This document shows positions 18,737 to 29,641 of a stretch of DNA of 64,000 bases, in pieces. Within the stretch, counting starts at the first letter, position 1, and every line of letters begins with the position of its first letter. This stretch comes from an uncultured beta proteobacterium (GTDB lineage Bacteria > Pseudomonadota > Gammaproteobacteria > Burkholderiales > Casimicrobiaceae). Below the pieces are notes generated by a model. The model ran no database searches and was not told where the DNA came from. It saw only the letters and a program-made list of their open reading frames with translations. The stretch lies in assembly GCA_963829375.1 (NCBI GenBank), contig CAWHIS010000018.1, forward strand, positions 46,992-110,991, written 5' to 3'. Made by a program: the position numbers and the translations under genes.

Positions 18737-19203
18737 TGCCACGGCGCGCGATCCTGTTCCTGGCGGTCATGGCGTGCTGGTTCGCTGCCGCATGGACCAT
18801 GTCGGCGGTCCGCGCGGCCGAACCTGCATCGGTTGACAAGCGGGCGCTCCACGCGGCGGATTGGTCCGCCATCAAGAAAGTGATCGCCGACCAGCGCAGT
18901 GCCCTCAAGTCCGGCGATGCGGCCAAGGCATTCAGTTACGCCACGCCCGGCATCCGCGGGGAATTCCGCGACTCCGCGAACTTCATCGACATGGTGCGCA
19001 CGATGTATTCCGCGCTGCTCACGGCGCGCTACGTTGAATTTCTCGAAGGTGCCGTCATCGACGGGACCGTGATTCAGCCACTTCGTCTGGTCGGCACCGA
19101 CAATACGGTGCGCGTCGCGCTGTACATCATGGAAAAGCAGGATAACGGCGCCTGGCGCATCGGTGGGTGCCGGATTGCGCCGTCCACGGTGCAGGCGGCA
19201 TAG
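18736..19203 (+). CDS. DUF4864 domain-containing secreted protein
   Basis: 155 aa from the ATG at 18736 (TGATG overlap with the moeB stop). Signal peptide, SnoaL-like DUF4864 pattern (DWSAIKKVIADQ..AL..GD...AF.YA.P.I...F) and WRIGGC near the C-terminus. Confidence 0.7.
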   Translation: MPRRAILFLAVMACWFAAAWTMSAVRAAEPASVDKRALHAADWSAIKKVIADQRSALKSGDAAKAFSYATPGIRGEFRDSANFIDMVRTMYSALLTARYVEFLEGAVIDGTVIQPLRLVGTDNTVRVALYIMEKQDNGAWRIGGCRIAPSTVQAA

Positions 19204-19213
19204 GGCTCGAGCG

Positions 19214-21190
19214 TCACGTATCCGAGTTCGGGCCGACGCTCTCGCGCAGCATCCGCATGACCGCGGCTTCGAATCGCCTGGAATAGGCTTGCGCGTCGAA
19301 CAAGGGGCTTGCGTGGCCGGTCTCGCGCAGGCGGGTCGCGACCGCCGCGAGCCTATTGCGATCACTTGCCAGCCCGACTGCGATCGCCGCGTATTCGTCC
19401 TGCGAGTGCGCAACGAGATCCGCCAACCCCACCGCGCGCAGTTGCGACCCCGATGCCCGGGATGCCATGCTTCGACCGGCGAGCGTCACCACCGGCAATC
19501 CGACAAACAAGGCATCGTTGACCGTCGTATGCGACCCGAAAGGGTAGGTGTCGACGTAAAGATCGGCCAGCCTGTAGCGCGCAAGGTATCGCGGCACAGG
19601 CTCCTGCGGCGCAAATACGAGTCGCTGTGGCAAGACGCCACGTCGTTGCGCCTCTGCGCGCAGATTCGCGACCGCTTCTTCGCGCATGGGGCGCAGCCAA
19701 AGCACGCTTTGGTCGATTCGACCGAGGAGCCCCATCCACAGATCAAAGATTTCGGGAAGAATCTTGTACGGCGCAGCCTGGGAGACGAACACGAACTTCC
19801 CGCCGGGCAGATCGTAGTCTGCGCGGGTCAACATTGTCGTGGCAATCGCGCGCTGCGAGTCGCTTGGAAAATAGCAATCACCGATATCGACGAGTTTTTC
19901 GATGAAGTGCGCCTGCTCCGCGGGTGGCGTCGTCGTTGCGTCCGTGATGACGTAGTCGTAGTAGGCCGCGCCGAGCGTGCCCGCATGACCCAGATAGTTG
20001 ACCTGCACGGGGGCCGGGCGCGCGGCGAAGACATCCGGCCGCGCGTATTCCGTATGCCCGGCAAGGTCGAAGAGGATCGCGGCATGATCAGCGCGAATGC
20101 GCGCCGCCGCGGCGAAGGTCGACAGCGCACCGAGTTCCACATAATGGTCGACGGCGCCCACGATTCGGGCGTGCATGGCGTCGTGCGTGCTCGAATCGAG
20201 TTCGTAGGCGAACGTTTCAAACCGGCTGCGATCCAGCCGCTCCAGCAATTCGACGATCAACCTGGGCACGGGATGGTCGTGAAACGCGGATGCGGCGAAA
20301 CCCAGCCGAATGCGCCCCGCAGCGCGCGGCCCCATTGCAAATTCGTGGCCGTCGCCCGCCGCCGCAGGCCATGCGAAACTCTTCGCGGCTGCAAGCTGCA
20401 GCGCCGGATCGTCGCAGATCGACAGGAACGCAAACGGTGGCACCGCCTGACCCGACCCTCCCGAGCGGGCCACGGCGTCGACGATAGCGGAACGGTTGCG
20501 CTCGAAATCGCGCCAGTCCGCGAATTGCAGCTGCAGTTCTACGCACTGTGCCGCCACCTGCAGACGCGAGGGGTCGAGCGACCGCGCCCGTTCCAGCATC
20601 GGTCGTGCTTCCGCATAATTGCGCTGCTCGGCCAGCAGGAAGCCCAGATTGGCGAGTATCTGTGGTGAATCCGGCGCCAGCGCAAGCGCCCGCCGAAAAC
20701 TTGTCTGGGCCCCACGATCGCGCGCGTGCTTCTGGCACACGCCGCGATTGTTCCAGACGTCCGCCGGCGCATCGAGCGCTGACGCAACGAGCCGATCATA
20801 AAATTCCAGCGCTTCCGCGTATCGACCCTGCATGAAAAGCAGATGGGCCAAATTGGCCAGCGCCGCGATCTCGCCAGACCGTCGGTCGAGCACGTCGCGA
20901 TAGCAGCGCTCGGCGCGCGCGTGAGCCCCAAGACGATCCAGTTCCGCACCGAGGTTGATCATCAGCCCGGGGTGCCCTGGAAACATTTGCAGCGCGCGCT
21001 CGAAAACGGCTACGGCTGCTGCGGACGCGTTGCGTTCCGACAGCAGATTGCCGAGATCGAACAGCGCCTGGCCGTGGCGCGCTTCGAGTTTCTTTGCCAG
21101 CGCCTGATCGGTGAAGGCCGTGGCGGCAGCGAGCCGACCTGCGCCGAGCGCCCTGCGCGCTTCCTTCAGGAGCGTGTCGGCGCTCGCCAT
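19214..21190 (-). CDS. TPR repeat protein fused to a GT41 (O-GlcNAc transferase/SPINDLY-like) glycosyltransferase domain
   Basis: 658 aa from the ATG at 21190 (MASADTLLKEA). N-terminal TPRs. C-terminal GT41-like block (RIRLGF.S..F.DHPV, PAPVQVNYLGH.GT.GA.YYDY...D, LADL.VDT.P.G.HTT..DAL..G.PVVT). The longer ORF start at 21376 would overlap slmA. Confidence 0.8.
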   Translation of the reverse strand: MASADTLLKEARRALGAGRLAAATAFTDQALAKKLEARHGQALFDLGNLLSERNASAAAVAVFERALQMFPGHPGLMINLGAELDRLGAHARAERCYRDVLDRRSGEIAALANLAHLLFMQGRYAEALEFYDRLVASALDAPADVWNNRGVCQKHARDRGAQTSFRRALALAPDSPQILANLGFLLAEQRNYAEARPMLERARSLDPSRLQVAAQCVELQLQFADWRDFERNRSAIVDAVARSGGSGQAVPPFAFLSICDDPALQLAAAKSFAWPAAAGDGHEFAMGPRAAGRIRLGFAASAFHDHPVPRLIVELLERLDRSRFETFAYELDSSTHDAMHARIVGAVDHYVELGALSTFAAAARIRADHAAILFDLAGHTEYARPDVFAARPAPVQVNYLGHAGTLGAAYYDYVITDATTTPPAEQAHFIEKLVDIGDCYFPSDSQRAIATTMLTRADYDLPGGKFVFVSQAAPYKILPEIFDLWMGLLGRIDQSVLWLRPMREEAVANLRAEAQRRGVLPQRLVFAPQEPVPRYLARYRLADLYVDTYPFGSHTTVNDALFVGLPVVTLAGRSMASRASGSQLRAVGLADLVAHSQDEYAAIAVGLASDRNRLAAVATRLRETGHASPLFDAQAYSRRFEAAVMRMLRESVGPNSDT

Positions 21191-21224
21191 CGAGGGATGT
21201 GCCGGCTGGCCGGACAGTGCGGAC

Positions 21225-21794
21225 TCAGGCGAAGAGGTATTTTCGCTGCGCGTCCCACCCTTCCTGAGGCAGTCTCTTGAATCCACTCTTGGCGAACAGC
21301 ATCCACCGTCCGACGACGAATGAAAGCAGAACGTTGGCATCTGCCGGCGCATCGCCCCGCCACGTTCCACCGGCATGCGCGATTTTCAGCGATTGGCGCA
21401 GCGCCGCCTCGATCCGATCGTAGAGCTGGTTCATTCGCGCCTGCAGACGCTCGTCTTCGTTGACCAGGGCATCGCCGATCAGGACCCGCGTCATGCCAGG
21501 ATTCTTTTCGGCAAACCCAAGCAGCACCGACACGATCTGCGTCGCTTGGGCGACGCCGTCGGTACTATCGGTCGTGATGCGATTGACGAGCGAAAACAGC
21601 GTCGACTCGATGAATTCGATCAACCCTTCGAACATCTGCGCCTTGCTCGCGAAATGCCGATAAAGGGCAGCCTCCGAAACGTCCAGCCTCGCGGCCAGCG
21701 CGGCAGTCGTGATTTTTTCGCCGCGCGGCGTTTCCAGCATCGCCGCGAGCGTCTGCAGGATCTGTAGCCGCCGCTCGCCGGGTTTGATCGCCAT
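21225..21794 (-). CDS. slmA: nucleoid occlusion factor SlmA (TetR family)
   Basis: 189 aa from the ATG at 21794. ILQ.LA.MLE......ITTA.LA....VSEAALYRHF.SK..MF..LIEFIE closely follows the E. coli SlmA N-terminus. Confidence 0.78.
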   Translation of the reverse strand: MAIKPGERRLQILQTLAAMLETPRGEKITTAALAARLDVSEAALYRHFASKAQMFEGLIEFIESTLFSLVNRITTDSTDGVAQATQIVSVLLGFAEKNPGMTRVLIGDALVNEDERLQARMNQLYDRIEAALRQSLKIAHAGGTWRGDAPADANVLLSFVVGRWMLFAKSGFKRLPQEGWDAQRKYLFA

Positions 21795-21852
21795 CGCGTT
21801 CTCCTTGCGTCGACCGCGAAACATGCGGTGACTCGCCCTTCAATCGGACCGC

Positions 21853-22851
<999 letters not shown>

Positions 22852-22881
22852 TCAGACAGGGCATTTTGCTATCGTCGGCGC

Positions 22882-24004
22882 ATGTTCAACCCGCTGCAGG
22901 ACCCTGTCGATGCCACCGTGGTCCGCCGCGTGTTGGTCACGAAGCTGCGCCACCATGGTGACGTGCTGCTCACCTCGCCGGTGTTCACGGTACTGAAGCA
23001 CGCGCTGCCTGCCGCGGAAATCGACGCGCTGGTCTATCGCGAAACCGCACCCATGCTGGAAGGTCACCCCGCGATCGCCGAGCTGCATGGCGTCGACCGC
23101 GAATGGAAGCACGAGGGCTGGCTCACACAGGCGACCGCAGAGCGACGCCTGTTGCGCGCCCTCTCTGCCCGTCGCTACGACTTGATCGTGCACCTGACCG
23201 AGCATCCTCGCGGCGCGTGGCTTGCCCGCGCCCTCAGGCCACGCTATTCGGTCGCCCGGCATCTCGATAACGCGCACTGGCTTTGGCGCACGAGCTTCAC
23301 TCATTTCTACCGGCTTCCGCGCACCACGCCCCGCCACACCGTCGAATGCAACCTCGATGCGCTGAGGCGCATCGGCTTGCAGCCGGCGCTGGCCGGACAA
23401 GCGGCTGGTGCTGTGCCCCGATGACAAGTCCGCGGCTCGCGTGCGTAACCTGCTCGCGCAGCAGGGACTGGAGCCGCATCGGTTCATCCAGATGCACCCG
23501 GGCTCGCGCTGGCTGTTCAAGTGCTGGCCGCCCGAGCACTCAGCGGCCCTGCTCGACCGATTGACCGCGGCGGGCATGCGCATTGCTGTCACCGGTGCAC
23601 CGGACGCACGCGAGCGTGCACTCGTCGAGGCCATTTTCACCGCGTGCGCCAGCGCGTCGCGCTCGCGCATCGTCGACCTCACAGGAGCGTTGAGCCTGCG
23701 CGAGTTGGCGGCGCTGACGCGCGAGGCGCGAGCTTTCGTCGGCGTCGATTCCGCCCCCATGCACATCGCCGCCGCCATGGGAACTCCGGTCGTGGCCCTT
23801 TTCGGGCCAAGCGGGGAAACGGAGTGGGGACCCTGGGGAGTCGCGCATCGAGTGATCACCTCGTCGGCGCATCCTTGTCGTCCCTGCGGGATCGATGGCT
23901 GCGGTGGCGGCAAGATTTCCGAGTGCCTGACCACGGTTCCCGTCGACCGTGTGCATGTTGCCCTTACCGAAATGCTCGCGGCCACCGAGCCGCGAGGTTC
24001 TTAG
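22882..24004 (+). pseudogene. GT9 lipopolysaccharide heptosyltransferase III-like (WaaQ/RfaQ type), split by a 1-nt frame disruption
   Basis: ORF 22882-23424 carries the N-terminal Rossmann half (RRVLVTKLRHHGDVLLTSPV). ORF 23408-24004, in the +1 frame, carries the C-terminal half (HPGSRW..K.WP, GVDSAPMHIAAAMGTPVVALFGP). The two join as ...GLQPALA / DKRLVLCPDD. Confidence 0.8.
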
Positions 24005-25156
24005 TGCGCCTCGCCATCGTCCGCCAGCGCTACACGCCGTACGGAGGCGCGGAGCGTTTCGTCGAGGGTGCGCTCGAGGCATTGCTCGAGCGCGGCATCG
24101 CGATATCGCTGTACACGAGGCAGTGGCCGCAAACGCGGCTGCAACTCATCGAGCCCGTGATCTGCGATCCGTTCTACTTCGGACGTCTCTGGCGCGATTG
24201 GAGCTTTGCCCGCGCGGTCTGCCGCGCGGTCGCAAAGGACCCGCCGGAGCTGGTGCAATCGCACGAGCGCCTGCTCTGCTGCGATGTCTACCGTGCGGGC
24301 GACGGCGTTCATCGCGTCTTTCTCGATGAACGACTGCGCACCGCATCGGTTTTCCGGCGCTGGCTTACCGAGTTCGGACCGTATCACCGCTACGTACTTG
24401 CTATCGAACGCCGGCTGTTCGAAAGCCCGGTGCTGCGTGCAGTGATCTGCAACTCGAAGATGGTGCGCGCCGAAATCCACGAGCGGTTCGGTGTTTCCGA
24501 GGAACGGCTGCCGGTCATTTACAACGCCGTGGATAGCGAAGCGTTTTCGCCGGAGCTGCGCAAGCACCGTTCCGCGGTGCGCAACGCCCTGCACATTCCG
24601 GAAGAGGCGACGGTCTTTCTGCTCGTCGGCTCGGGTTACGCACGCAAGGGTGTAGCGGCCGCGATCCAGGCACTGGCGCGGCTGCCCGGCGACTGCCACC
24701 TTGTAGTGGTCGGCCGCGACAAGGCCCTTCGCGCCTACCGGCGCCTTTCGCGCCGCTTGGGCGTACAGGACCGCGTGGCGCTGGTCGGGCCGCAGGACGA
24801 AACCAGACCGTTTTACGGCGCCGCCGACGTGTTCGTGCTGCCGACAGTGTATGACCCGTGCCCAAATGCTGCGCTGGAAGCGATGGCATGTGGCCTGCCC
24901 GTGATTACCAGCGCCAAGTGCGGTGCGGCCGAACTCGTTCTCGAGCACGATGCCGGTTTCGTCTGCGCCGCACGCGACATCGACGCACTCGCCGGGCACA
25001 TGACAGCTACTGATCGATCCACAGGTACGTAGTTCGCTGGGCGCGCGGGCGCGCGAAGCAGTCCTTCCGCTCACGCCCGCCGCAATGACGCTGCAGCTCG
25101 CGTTGCTCTACCGCGATCTGCTTGCCGCCGCCTATGCCGCCAAGCCCACGGCATAG
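24004..25156 (+). CDS. GT4 LPS core glycosyltransferase (WaaG/RfaG-like), C-terminus apparently frameshifted
   Basis: GTG start at 24004 (TAGTG overlap): VRLAIVRQRYTPYGGAERF, SHERL, GSGYARKGV, YGAADVFVLPT.YDPCPNA.LEAMACGLPVI. The ORF stops at 25032. The family-like tail QLLIDPQVRSSLGARAREAVLPLTPAAMTLQLALLYRDLL... continues in the +1 frame to 25156. Confidence 0.8.
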
Positions 25157-25226
25157 CCTGCGCTATAATCGGCCGCTCTTCCCTGATGCGCCGGCGCCCG
25201 CCCGCGCCGTAACCAGGCACCCTGCC

Positions 25227-26966
25227 GTGTCGCTCAGCCTGCTCCTCTATCGGCGCCTGCTTTTGTATGTCCGCCCGTACTGGTGGGCGTTTGCGCTGGC
25301 GGTCGTCGGCATGGTGATCGTCGCAGCCGGGGATGTCCTCATGGCCTACATGGTCATGCCGATCATCCAGAAGCTGCAGCACCCCGACCCTGAGACGACG
25401 CTGCGCCTGCCGCTGGCGGTAGTCGGCGTATTTCTCCTGCGCGGCCTCGGCTCCTTCATGTCCGAATACGGCATGGCGTGGACCGGACATCGCGTCGTGT
25501 TCGATCTACGCCGGGAAATGATCGACCGCCTTCTTGCCTTGCCGACGCCTTTCTACGACGCGCAGTCCTCCGGGCGCCTCATCTCGAAGTTCACGTTCGA
25601 TGCGTATCAGCTCGCCGCGGCGACGTCGTCCGCGATCACCACCGCGGTCCGGAGCACGCTCACGATTGCCGGCAGCCTCGGTTTTCTGTTCTGGCTGAAC
25701 TGGAAGCTGACGCTGATTTCCATCATCGCGTTCCCGCTCGTCGCCGCCACGATTCGCTACTTCAGCCGACGCCTCCGTCGCGTCGCGCGCGACGTTCAGC
25801 AGCGAACCGGCGCGATCACGCAAGTGCTCGAAGAGATCGTCGGCGGCCAGCGTGTCGTCAAGGTTTTCGGCGGCCAGCAATACGAGCGTGCGCGCGCCGT
25901 CGGCGTGGCCAACCGCCTGCGGCAGTCGATGAGCAAGCAGTCGTCGGCAAGCGCGGCGAGTTCGCCGCTCCTGCAATTCTTCGGCGCCTGCGCCGTCGGC
26001 TTCATCGTCTACCTCATGCTCAAGCAGAGCGAGGCAGGCGGCTTCGATCCGGGGCCTTTCACCGCCTACGTCATTGCCCTGCTCACCCTGCTCGACCGGC
26101 TGCGGTCCCTGTCGGGAGTCAACGCCAATATTCAACGCGGCCTCGCTGCCTCCGAGAGTATTTTTGCGTTGCTCGACGAAAAACCCGAGGATGACCGCGG
26201 TACCGTCGAATTGTCGAGCGTGCGTGGCGAGCTCGCCTTCGACGCCGTTTATGCGCGCTACGCGGGCGCCGAACGCGACGCATTGGCAGGTGTCAGCCTG
26301 CGCGTCGCTCCGGGAGAAAGCGTGGCGCTGGTTGGACCTTCCGGCAGCGGCAAGACGACGCTCGTCAATCTCATCCCCCGTTTCTACGAGCCGACCAGCG
26401 GCGGCATCCTGCTCGACGGACACCGTATCGACGCGTTAACGATGGCCAATCTGCGCAGCCACATCGCGTTGGTAAGCCAGGACATCACGCTGTTCGACGA
26501 CACCGTTGCGGCCAATATCGCCTACGGCGCCATGGCTTCCGCACCGCGCGCGGCAATCGAACAGGCGGCGCACGCAGCGTATGCCCTGGAGTTCATCCGG
26601 TCGTTGCCGCTGGGCTTCGATACGATCGTCGGCGAGAACGGTGTCCGGCTGTCGGGCGGACAGCGCCAGCGGCTGGCAATCGCGCGGGCGATTCTGAAAA
26701 ACGCACCGATCCTGATTCTGGACGAGGCGACTTCGGCGCTCGACTCGGAGTCGGAGCGGTATGTGCAGGCAGCCATGGATACGCTGATGCGGGGCAGGAC
26801 CACCATTGTCATTGCCCACCGGCTGTCGACGATCGAGCGTGTCGACCGCATCGTCGTCCTCGATTCGGGCCGTGTCGTAGAGCACGGAACCCACGCGGAG
26901 CTGCTCGCGCGCGACGGTCTTTATGCGAAGCTGCATCGCATCCAGTTCGCGACAGCGGTCGCGTAA
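25227..26966 (+). CDS. msbA: lipid A export permease/ATP-binding protein
   Basis: ABC exporter with 6 TM helices plus an NBD (Walker A GPSGSGKTT, signature LSGGQRQR, Walker B ILILDEATSALD). Start proposed at the in-frame GTG 25227, because the ORF start at 25122 would overlap the restored upstream GT4 tail. Confidence 0.9.
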   Translation: MSLSLLLYRRLLLYVRPYWWAFALAVVGMVIVAAGDVLMAYMVMPIIQKLQHPDPETTLRLPLAVVGVFLLRGLGSFMSEYGMAWTGHRVVFDLRREMIDRLLALPTPFYDAQSSGRLISKFTFDAYQLAAATSSAITTAVRSTLTIAGSLGFLFWLNWKLTLISIIAFPLVAATIRYFSRRLRRVARDVQQRTGAITQVLEEIVGGQRVVKVFGGQQYERARAVGVANRLRQSMSKQSSASAASSPLLQFFGACAVGFIVYLMLKQSEAGGFDPGPFTAYVIALLTLLDRLRSLSGVNANIQRGLAASESIFALLDEKPEDDRGTVELSSVRGELAFDAVYARYAGAERDALAGVSLRVAPGESVALVGPSGSGKTTLVNLIPRFYEPTSGGILLDGHRIDALTMANLRSHIALVSQDITLFDDTVAANIAYGAMASAPRAAIEQAAHAAYALEFIRSLPLGFDTIVGENGVRLSGGQRQRLAIARAILKNAPILILDEATSALDSESERYVQAAMDTLMRGRTTIVIAHRLSTIERVDRIVVLDSGRVVEHGTHAELLARDGLYAKLHRIQFATAVA

Positions 26967-27112
26967 CGACACAACGCTCATCGCACGAGGAATTCTTCAT
27001 ACCGGGTTATCTCTGTCGCAGCGCGGGGCGCGTGGGCGCCCGCCAGGCTTTCGCGAGCAATACAGCAATTCCCGACCAGCGCCAAACCTTTGCCCTTAAT
27101 TCTGAAATCGCG

Positions 27113-29641
27113 ATGAGCAGGACCGGCCGCAACGACCTATGCCCGTGTGGCAGCGGGAAAAAATTCAAACAATGTTGCATGCAACTCGATCGAGTTCAGA
27201 CGGCAGAAGTGCGCACCCAGCAAGAGTCGCTCCTGGAGGCGTTCCAGACTGCGTTGGAGCACCATCGTGCCGGACGCCTTCATCAGGCGGAGGCCATATA
27301 TCTGCAAATACTTAGAATTGTCCCCAATCACAAGGACGCCATTTATCTCCGAGGAATGATCGCACACCAAGTCGGGAGGAACGACTTAGCGGTTGACCTC
27401 CTCAACAAAGTCATCGATGCAGATCCATCGAATCCGGATTACTACAACCAGCTTGGAATCGTATTCAAGGATCAGGGCAATCTGGATAAAGCGATCGTCT
27501 GCTACCGGAAAGCGCTCTCGCTCAAGCCAGGTTTTGCGGATGCGCACAACAATCTGGGCAACGCACTGGTCGACCACGGTGATTTGGACGAGGCCGTCGC
27601 AAGCTACAGGATGGCGCTGTCGATCAAGCCGAGCTTTGTGGAGGCTTACAACAACATCGGCACCGTGCTTCAGGATCAAGGCAGGCTGGACGAGGCGGTT
27701 GCAAACTACCAGAGCGCGCTCTCGCTCCAGCCCGACCACGCCGGCGCCTACTTCAACCTGGGAAACGCGCGCAGGAGCCAAGGCGAGCTGGACGAAGCTA
27801 TCGGAAGTTATCGGAAGGCGCTGGCCCTCCAGGCGGATTTTGCGCAGGCGCACGACAGCCTCGGTATCGTGCTCCTTGACCAGGGGCGAGCGGACGAGGC
27901 TGCAACGAGTTGCCGCAGAGCGGTGTCATTGAAGCCGGACTATGCCGCCGCGCACAACAACCTTGGCAACGCCTTGAATGCGCTCGGACAGGTTGATGCC
28001 GCGCTGGCAAGTTATCAACGGGCGCTGGAGCTGGAAGACGCCCCCGACTTTAAAGCGAACTTTGCGCGCTGTATCGGCGGCATGGACATCGTTCAGGTCG
28101 ATGCCGATGTCATCGGCCTGATGGTCCGCTCCATATCCGAGGGCTGGGCGCGGCCGGGCGAATTGGCGAAAGTATTCTCTAGAGTGGTTTTATTCGATGC
28201 CAACATGCGCGGCTGCATCGAACGCGCGCTGAGCGCATGGCCGGCGAGACTGTCCGCGAACGAATTACTCGCACCTTCCGGATTCGCTGTCTTGGCAAGC
28301 AATCAATTGCTTCACTCCCTCCTTGTACGTGCTCCCGTTGTCGAGTTCGCTCTGGAGCAATTCCTGACGTTGGTTAGGCATGCGATTCTTGAGGCTGCCG
28401 AGGAGGCGGATGTCCGCAACCATCCGGAGGAAAAGGCTTTGAGCTTTTGCTGCGGGCTCGCGCGGCAGTGCTTTATCAACGACTACATCTTTTCCTACAC
28501 GGACGAAGAATTCAACCGTGCGACTTCATTGCGGGAAAGACTCGTAGCGGCCCTGAATTGCGGAGGCGCGATTCCTCCATTGTGGCCAGTTGCCCTGGGA
28601 GCCTACTTCCCGCTTTATTCAGTGCCGTCTGCCGGAGGTCTTCTGAACCAATCCTGGCCGGCATCAGTTAATGCCTTGCTGGAACAGCAGATCGCGGAGC
28701 CGGTGCAGGAACAGGAATACCGCGATGCCATACCCAGACTGACTGGGATCGAAGACGGCGTATCGATACTGGTACAGCAGCAGTACGAGGAACATCCATA
28801 CCCGAAATGGATTGCCCCGGCGCTTGCATGCAAAGGTTTTTCTTTAAACGGCTACTTGCGCCACCGATTTCCCTTCAAGTCATTTCGCCCGCTTCGCGAG
28901 GGAAGCGACGTCAATATCCTGGTCGCCGGGTGCGGCACGGGCCAGGAATCTGTCGAGACCGCGCGGCTGTTCCCAGGCGCTCATGTGCTTGCGGTCGACC
29001 TGAGCATCTCGAGTCTCTGCTATGCCAAAAGGAAGACCGATGAGCTCGGCTTGGCGAATGTCGAGTATGCGCAGGGCGATATCATGCAGCTGGGGTCCAT
29101 CGGGCGGATGTTTGATGCCATCGTATCGGTTGGTGTGTTGCACCACCTTGCGGACCCGGTGGCCGGGTGGCGGCAACTGTTGTCGATACTTCGTCCCGGT
29201 GGGTTCATGCGGCTGGGTCTTTACAGCGAACGTGCACGTCTGTGTGTTGTGGCGGCACGAACCTTCATCGCTGAGCGCGGGTATGCCGCTACCGCCGCGG
29301 ACATTCGCCGATGCCGCCAGGATCTGAGGTCTTTGAATGATGGCAGGGACTTCAATCAACTGACTGGATTCAGCGATTTCTTTGCAACCAGCGACTGTCG
29401 CGATCTGCTGTTTCACATCGAAGAGCATCGTTTTGTGCTGCCTCAGATAAAACAAATTCTCGCGATGCTTGATCTGGACTTCATCGGCTTTGATCTTGAA
29501 CCTCGCGTCATCAAGCGGTACCAGGAACTCTTCCCGGACGACTTGGCGAAGACGAACTTGGACTACTGGCACGATTTCGAGAGCGAGCATCCGAACACGT
29601 TTCTCGGCATGTATCAGTTCTGGGTTCAAAAGCGCTTTTGA
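27113..29641 (+). CDS. SEC-C motif / TPR repeat / class I SAM-dependent methyltransferase fusion protein
   Basis: 842 aa from the ATG at 27113. N-terminal CPCGSGKKFKQCC. About 8 TPR units (...AIVCYRKALSLKPGFADAHNNLGNAL...). A roughly 270-aa linker with no recognised family. C-terminal MTase motif I, ILVAGCGTGQES, and post-I LAVDLS. G+C is visibly lower than in the flanks. Confidence 0.85.
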   Translation: MSRTGRNDLCPCGSGKKFKQCCMQLDRVQTAEVRTQQESLLEAFQTALEHHRAGRLHQAEAIYLQILRIVPNHKDAIYLRGMIAHQVGRNDLAVDLLNKVIDADPSNPDYYNQLGIVFKDQGNLDKAIVCYRKALSLKPGFADAHNNLGNALVDHGDLDEAVASYRMALSIKPSFVEAYNNIGTVLQDQGRLDEAVANYQSALSLQPDHAGAYFNLGNARRSQGELDEAIGSYRKALALQADFAQAHDSLGIVLLDQGRADEAATSCRRAVSLKPDYAAAHNNLGNALNALGQVDAALASYQRALELEDAPDFKANFARCIGGMDIVQVDADVIGLMVRSISEGWARPGELAKVFSRVVLFDANMRGCIERALSAWPARLSANELLAPSGFAVLASNQLLHSLLVRAPVVEFALEQFLTLVRHAILEAAEEADVRNHPEEKALSFCCGLARQCFINDYIFSYTDEEFNRATSLRERLVAALNCGGAIPPLWPVALGAYFPLYSVPSAGGLLNQSWPASVNALLEQQIAEPVQEQEYRDAIPRLTGIEDGVSILVQQQYEEHPYPKWIAPALACKGFSLNGYLRHRFPFKSFRPLREGSDVNILVAGCGTGQESVETARLFPGAHVLAVDLSISSLCYAKRKTDELGLANVEYAQGDIMQLGSIGRMFDAIVSVGVLHHLADPVAGWRQLLSILRPGGFMRLGLYSERARLCVVAARTFIAERGYAATAADIRRCRQDLRSLNDGRDFNQLTGFSDFFATSDCRDLLFHIEEHRFVLPQIKQILAMLDLDFIGFDLEPRVIKRYQELFPDDLAKTNLDYWHDFESEHPNTFLGMYQFWVQKRF

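Noticed and set aside
23521-24003. N-terminal 160-aa extension of the WaaG-like ORF (23521-25032)
   Set aside because: It overlaps the C-terminal half of the GT9 gene in another frame. The GT4 family sequence begins at VRLAIVRQRYTPYGG (GTG 24004).
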